A stretch of DNA of 64,000 nucleotides from Eledone cirrhosa (lineage: Eukaryota): positions 54,994,001 to 55,058,000 of the forward strand of contig OZ024744.1 in assembly GCA_964016885.1 (NCBI GenBank), read 5' to 3'. Both the position numbers and the translations under genes were made by a program. Under the pieces are notes generated by a model. That model did no database searches. It was not told where the DNA came from and was given only the letters and a program-made list of their open reading frames with translations. This document shows positions 58,232 to 64,000 of the stretch, piece after piece (position 1 is the first letter of the stretch; each line of letters opens with the position of its first letter).

Positions 58232-58770
58232 TTATCTCTTTCTCTTAATTTCGAGTATATTTTTTTTGACCGGCCACCTTCCTGGTGGCAAGGTTGTAAA
58301 AGAAAAGAAATTGTCATCCCTTGAATCGCAAGAATGTTTTGCAAATTTTGAAGGTGCCAGCTATCGCAGCCATTTGTAGACTATGAATTAGGGAGCTATG
58401 CTCTTTGTCCACAAATCCAAGTACAGTCATACTTTGGTCCAAGCGGGTTGGTATATAACCCGTAGCTCCAATAATGATGGGTATGAAGCTAAAGGTGTAT
58501 CTTGGATACTGGATTTGTAAACTCCTCATCAATGATCCGTAGATGTCCTCCTTCCCCTGTATTTTTCTGACAACGTTTACATCTAGTGAGCAGCTGATCT
58601 CCACAACAGAACACGTTTTCAATGTGTGGTCCCAAACAACAATATCAGGCCGGTTGTGCTTTAATTTGGTGGCAGTTTTTATTATCAGGTTCCACCAGTA
58701 TTCCTTAGTGCCATCTGTCTCAATATTCTTCCTCGTTTGTTGTTAATTTTGTTTTCCGAAGTGCGTTCCA
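58232..58770 (-). mobile_element. R4/Dong-like family A, 3' fragment
   Basis: ORF 58314..58622 is near-identical to the C-terminus of the 747-aa ORF. Confidence 0.9.
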
Positions 58771-58976
58771 TGTATGTATGTATGTATGTATGTATGTATG
58801 TATGTATGTATGTATGTATGTATGTATGTATGTATGTATGTATGTATGTATGTATGTATGTATGGATATATATATGTATGTATATATATGTATATGTCTG
58901 TATGTATGTATGTGTGTATGTATGTATGTATATATGTATGTATGTATATATATATGTTTGTATGTATGTATGTATG

Positions 58977-59465
58977 TTCTTCTGGTTTTATAATTTCACA
59001 AAGTTTTACCAATAGAGAGAGAGTCGGTTTCTAACTTAGACACAAGACTCTCTCGTTGGAATTTACAAATCATCAACTAGGTAGATATGTATGTATGCAT
59101 GCATGTGTAGATATGGATGTTATTGTATGTGTGGATGTGGATGTTTTGAGTTGTATGTGTGCATGTGTATACGCTTTGTATCTGTACATGTGTATATGCA
59201 GTTATTAGATGTAAAACTTTTGGAATGTTTTACATATTTTTACTGTTCCATTAATGGATTGTACTTGTAATTTCCTAACTAGTTGTGTTCTTTCTGTTCC
59301 TGTGAAGCCTAGCTTCTCAAGATTTGTATTGAGGCAGTTACTAACATATCCCAGTGCCCCAATAATCACAGGCATAAATCTGAAGGTGTAATCAGGGTGG
59401 AGTATCTGCAGATTTCTCATCAGTTCTGCATAAATATTCTCCTTTTCACTAATCTTTGATATTAT
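58977..59465 (-). mobile_element. R4/Dong-like family B, 3' fragment
   Basis: ORF 59205..59420. Confidence 0.8.
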
Positions 59466-59490
59466 AAAATATATGTATGTATATATGTAT

Positions 59491-59938
59491 GGAGCTCTTA
59501 AGAGTCAATGGCCATCCAAAATCACCGGGAAAGATGACCCCTTAGCCTTTGTCAAGGCAGAATTCTAGGAGAAGGAAAACTCTGATATAACACCTGCAAC
59601 TCTGATGGTATCCAATGATGTTGACTTGTTCTTCTTTTTGGTAAATATCATCTTGGTTAAGAGAGTGGGACTGGCTTTGTGCAGTGCCTTTGCTCACTAT
59701 AAAAGCTTCACGGCACAGGCATTGCTTTGTATCTGGAGATCTCTCTGCACTTGTCGTTACATGGTACCATGGGCCCAATACCATGTGTCAATAATTGTCA
59801 CAAGTGTAGTGTTTGTACCAGAGTTTTCAAGTCGCTGGCTGGATTAAAAAGTCACACTTGTTCAGCGCATCGGTAGGGGTTCTCCTACATGGATATAAAG
59901 TAATGGCCGTACTCGAAAACGAGTTGGCAGCCAGCATG

Positions 59939-59973
<35 letters not shown>

Positions 59974-60556
59974 ATATATATATGTTTGTATGTATGTGTG
60001 TATATATGTATGTATATATGTATGTGTGTATGTATGTATGTATGCATCTATGTATGAATGTATGTGTGTATGTATGTATGTATGTATGTATCTATGTATC
60101 TATGTATCTATGTATCTATGTATCTATGTATCTATGTGTATCTCGGGAGAGATGACCCCTTAGCCTTTGTCAAGGCAGAATTCTAGGAGAAGGAAAACTC
60201 TGATATAACACCTGCAACCCTGATGGTATCCAATGATGTTGACTTGTTCTTCTTTTTGGTAAATATCATCTTGGTTAAGAGAGTGGGACTGGCTTTGTGC
60301 AGTGCCTTTGCTCACTATAAAAGCTTCACGGCACAGGCATTGCTTTATATCTGGAGATCTCTCTGCACTTGTCGTTACATGGTACCATGGGCCCAATACT
60401 ATGTGTCAATAATTGTCACAAGTGTAGTGTTTGTACCAGAGTTTTCAAGTCGCTGGCTGGATTAAAAAGTCACACTTGTTCAGCGCATCGGTAGGGGTTC
60501 TCCTACATGGATATAAAGTAGTGGCCGTACTCGAAAACGAGTTGGCAGCCAGCATG

Positions 60557-60587
<31 letters not shown>

Positions 60588-61151
60588 ATATATATATGTT
60601 TGTATGTATGTGTGTATATATGTATGTATATATGTATGTGTGTATGTATGTATGTATGCATCTATGTATGAATGTATGTGTGTATGTATGTATGTATGTA
60701 TGTATCTATGTATCTATGTATCTATGTATCTATGTGTATCTCGGGAGAGATGACCCCTTAGCCTTTGTCAAGGCAGAATTCTAGGAGAAGGAAAACTCTG
60801 ATATAACACCTGCAACCCTGATGGTATCCAATGATGTTGACTTGTTCTTCTTTTTGGTAAATATCATCTTGGTTAAGAGAGTGGGACTGGCTTTGTGCAG
60901 TGCCTTTGCTCACTATAAAAGCTTCACGGCACAGGCATTGCTTTATATCTGGAGATCTCTCTGCACTTGTCGTTACATGGTACCATGGGCCCAGCACTAT
61001 GTGTCAATAATTGTCACAAGTGTAGTGTTTGTACCAGAGTGTTCAAGTCGCTGGCTGAACTAAAAAGTCACACTCGTTCAGCGCATCGGTAGGGGTTCTC
61101 CTACATAGATATAAAGTAGTGGCCGTACTTGAAAACAAGTTGGCAGCCACC
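59491..61151 (+). mobile_element. Three tandem copies of the non-autonomous RTE-derived element (59491-59935, 60144-60553, 60742-61151)
   Basis: ~410-bp near-identical units separated by near-identical complex (ATGT/ATCT) spacers. Confidence 0.85.
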
Positions 61152-61540
61152 ATATATGTATGTATGTGTATATGTATGTATGTATATGTATATATGTATG
61201 TATGTATATATGTATATATGTATATGTGTATGTATGTATGTATGTATGTGTATGTGTATGTATGTATGTATGTATGTATGTATGTATGTATGTATATGTG
61301 TATGTATGTATGTGTGTATGTATGTATGTATGTATGTATGTATGTATGTATGTATGTATGTATGTATGTATGTATGTATGTATATGTATATGTATGTATA
61401 TGTATATGTATGTATGTATATATGTATGTATGTGTGTATGTATGTATGTATGTATATGTATATATATGTATGTATGTATGTATATATATGTGTATGTATG
61501 TATGTGTGTATGTATGTATATGTATATGTATGTATGTATG

Positions 61541-64000
61541 TTTTCTCTTTCTCTTAATTTCGAGTATATTTTTTTGACCGGCCACCTTCCTGGTGGCAAG
61601 GTTGTAAAAGAAAAGAAATTGTCATCCCTTGAATCGCAAGAATGTTTTGCATATTTTGAAGGTGCCAGCTATCGCAGCCATTTGTAGACTATGAATTAGG
61701 GAGCTGCGCTTTTTGTCCGCAAATCCAAGTTCGGTCATACTTTGGTCCAAGCGGGTTGGTATATAACCCGTAGCACCAATAATGATGGGTATGAAGCTAA
61801 AGGTGTATCTTGGATACTGGATTTGTAAGCTCCTCATCAATGGTCCGTAGATGTCCTCCTTCTCCTGTATTTTTCTGACAACGTTTACATCAAGTGGGCA
61901 GCTGATCTCCACAACAGAACACGTTTTCAATGTGTGGTCCCAAACTACAATATCAGGCCGGTTGTGCTTTAATTTGGTGGCAGTTTTTATTTTCAGGTTC
62001 CACCAGTATTCCTTAGTGCCATCTGTCTCAATATATTCTTCCTCGTTTGTTGTTAATTTTGTTTTCCGAAGTGCGTTCCAGATAGTTCTAGCTATCCCAT
62101 CGTGTCTCATGGGGAGGTAGTAGCGAGATGACATTCTTTCGCAGCTGGCAACAATGTGGCTTACATCCTCGATCTTTGTTTTACATAGCCTACATTTATT
62201 GTCAGCTGCTGGCCCTCCTCTTTTGTGCAGCAGATATTTGGTAGGGAGTTCTTGTTCCTGTATTGCATAGAGATATCCCTCAAGGTGTGATGTCATAAAC
62301 TTGTCGGAACTCCATGCCAGGCTTTTTGAGTGGTTTATCCCCTCTATGGTCTGTGTTTTACGCCTCAAGTAGCCATGCACAACTTTCTCTGTAAATTGGT
62401 CAATTTTTTTTTCTTGTTTGAACATTGAATAGGATCTTCCGATTTCTCTGGGTGAGAGATTTATATCAGGCTTTATTCCATATCTCTCCTCCAGATCAGT
62501 CGCTATTCTAATGATATTTCTTTTTTCATGCTCATAAACCTGAGCAAGATGGTCGCCAACCTTTTTCCTCTGTTGAAGGTGTTGCTTCAGTGTTACTATC
62601 CGGGTCTCATATGTTGTTAATATTGATTTTAGACCCCGGCCACCTTCCTTGCGTGAGAAGTATAGCCTATCCACATCACCATTGATGTTAAAGTTCCCAG
62701 TAACACTGAGAAGTTTTCGAGTTCTAACATCCATCTCACTTAGTTCTTGCAATGACCAGTTCAGTAGGCCAAATGTTGGCGTTAGAATTGGCACAGCATA
62801 GGTATTGTGGGCAATGTATTTGTTGTATGCTGACAGTTCTGATGACCATATTTTTTTTACTCTTCTGAGGTATTCAGTTCTGGTTCTCTCCTTATTTATG
62901 GGTCCATCATATCTGACATTCTCATCCTGTCCAAGATATCTGTAGTTGTCACCTGACTGCAGAGGTTGTATTGTCAGGCCGTTCATATCTAGATTTCTAG
63001 AGGAGGGCACAGCTCTTCCACGTTTTACTGCCAAATATGCACACTTGGACTCACCAAATTTCATTTTGATGTCGGTTGAAAATTGTGTAATGAGGTCCAA
63101 TTGTTTCTTGATGTCATTGATATTTGGCCCATACAACTTCAGGTCATCAACAAAGAAAAGATGGGAGATACTTCTGGGCCCACTTCTTTGTCCACCTTGT
63201 TTCCTGAGTAGGTAAGATAGTGGATTCAGTGAGAGAACGAAGAGTAGTACTGACAAGCTATCACCCTGAAAGATGCCCTTCTGGTAATGTATCCTATCAG
63301 TCTTAACCTGCTCCTTCTCACCTCTAAGGATCAAATTGGTGTACCAGTTCTTGGTCAGGCGTTCAACAGCAGCTACTAATGGTTGTGGGACTTTAGCTAA
63401 CTGTAAAGCCTTAATAATCCACCCATGAGGTACACTATCAAATGCTTTTTGATAGTCCAGCCACACGACAGTCATGTTTCTGCGATTCTTTGTTGTTTTT
63501 TCCTGAATCATTTTGTTAGTTAGTAGGTGATCTATGCAACCCCACACCTCCCTCTTTCCACCAGCTTGCTCAGGTGTTATGATGTTGTTGGTAGCACAGT
63601 GATCCTGTAAGAACAGGTTAAGGCACCCAGTATATAATTTATACATGATGTTTTGGCAGGCAATTGGGCGGTAATTTTTAGCAAGGGTGGTTTGGCTATT
63701 TTTGGGAATGAGGAGAGTAGTGGCAGTTGATAACCATCTGGGCAGTTCTTGTGTGCCCTTAATGGTTTCTGTAAACAGCCGTATGAGATCTTGCCGATAG
63801 AAAGTGAAATTCTTCAACCAGTATCCTGTAATGAGGTCTGGGCCTGGCGATTTCCTATTCGACATTTTCTATAGAGCTGTTTCCAGTATTGACCCATCTA
63901 TGTCATATTGTTTTGTCTGGACATGTTGGCAGTAGTCCTGTTCCAGTTGTTTTAGCCAATTAGCTTGTCTGTTGAATCCGTCATCCGTTTCCCATACAGA
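61541..64000 (-). mobile_element. R4/Dong-clade RLE non-LTR retrotransposon (family A), continues beyond the window
   Basis: Contains the 747-aa ORF; 3' UTR 61541-61621 abuts (CATA)n. Confidence 0.93.
61622..63865 (-). CDS. RT + CCHC + restriction-like endonuclease polyprotein (C-terminal 747 aa)
   Basis: KSPGPD, NYRPIAC, WLDYQKAFDSVPH, GIFQGDSLS, LFFVDDLKLY, YRYLG, CRLC...HIVASC, RHD, RPDIVV...VVEISCP...EKEDIY; the upstream frame continues but has a TAG at 63869-63871. Confidence 0.9.
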   Translation of the reverse strand: MSNRKSPGPDLITGYWLKNFTFYRQDLIRLFTETIKGTQELPRWLSTATTLLIPKNSQTTLAKNYRPIACQNIMYKLYTGCLNLFLQDHCATNNIITPEQAGGKREVWGCIDHLLTNKMIQEKTTKNRRNMTVVWLDYQKAFDSVPHGWIIKALQLAKVPQPLVAAVERLTKNWYTNLILRGEKEQVKTDRIHYQKGIFQGDSLSVLLFVLSLNPLSYLLRKQGGQRSGPRSISHLFFVDDLKLYGPNINDIKKQLDLITQFSTDIKMKFGESKCAYLAVKRGRAVPSSRNLDMNGLTIQPLQSGDNYRYLGQDENVRYDGPINKERTRTEYLRRVKKIWSSELSAYNKYIAHNTYAVPILTPTFGLLNWSLQELSEMDVRTRKLLSVTGNFNINGDVDRLYFSRKEGGRGLKSILTTYETRIVTLKQHLQQRKKVGDHLAQVYEHEKRNIIRIATDLEERYGIKPDINLSPREIGRSYSMFKQEKKIDQFTEKVVHGYLRRKTQTIEGINHSKSLAWSSDKFMTSHLEGYLYAIQEQELPTKYLLHKRGGPAADNKCRLCKTKIEDVSHIVASCERMSSRYYLPMRHDGIARTIWNALRKTKLTTNEEEYIETDGTKEYWWNLKIKTATKLKHNRPDIVVWDHTLKTCSVVEISCPLDVNVVRKIQEKEDIYGPLMRSLQIQYPRYTFSFIPIIIGATGYIPTRLDQSMTELGFADKKRSSLIHSLQMAAIAGTFKICKTFLRFKG

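Noticed and set aside
60144-60553. HDV-like ribozyme on the minus strand of the repeated unit
   Set aside because: Could not build P1/P3 pairings; end polarity and the zinc-finger remnant indicate plus-strand orientation.

Overview
AT-rich, microsatellite-saturated, repeat-dominated eukaryotic (metazoan) DNA; the SINE and LINE repertoire resembles an octopus/coleoid cephalopod (inference). I found no convincing host-gene exon, rRNA, tRNA gene or CRISPR array, and nearly all long ORFs in the track are translations of simple repeats. Real coding sequence is retroelement-derived: Penelope-like elements (PLEs, RT + GIY-YIG; 1-658, ~37.1-38.8 kb, ~46.6-48.5 kb, 49.6-50.0 kb), RTE-clade LINE 3' ends, CRE-like fragments, a probable L1/Tx1 fragment and an R4/Dong-clade RLE retrotransposon (61.5-64 kb). 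There are also tRNA/Nin-domain SINEs, a non-autonomous Helitron, piggyBac- and Tc1/mariner-type MITEs, several minisatellites and a 6.3-kb (ACC/AAC)n tract. Two structures stand out. (1) Many short PLE-terminus-derived inserts sit in (TA)n tracts, often as fold-back hairpins, and carry at least 15 type-I hammerhead ribozyme motifs of several unrelated sequence families, including compensatory U3-A8 core variants and one retrozyme-like tandem pair. (2) A ~10-kb (ATGT)n/(CATA)n 'retrotransposon island' holds R4/Dong elements all on the minus strand and RTE 3' ends plus a bipartite zinc-finger-tailed non-autonomous RTE derivative all on the plus strand. Boundaries were read by eye and most are approximate (tens of bp).
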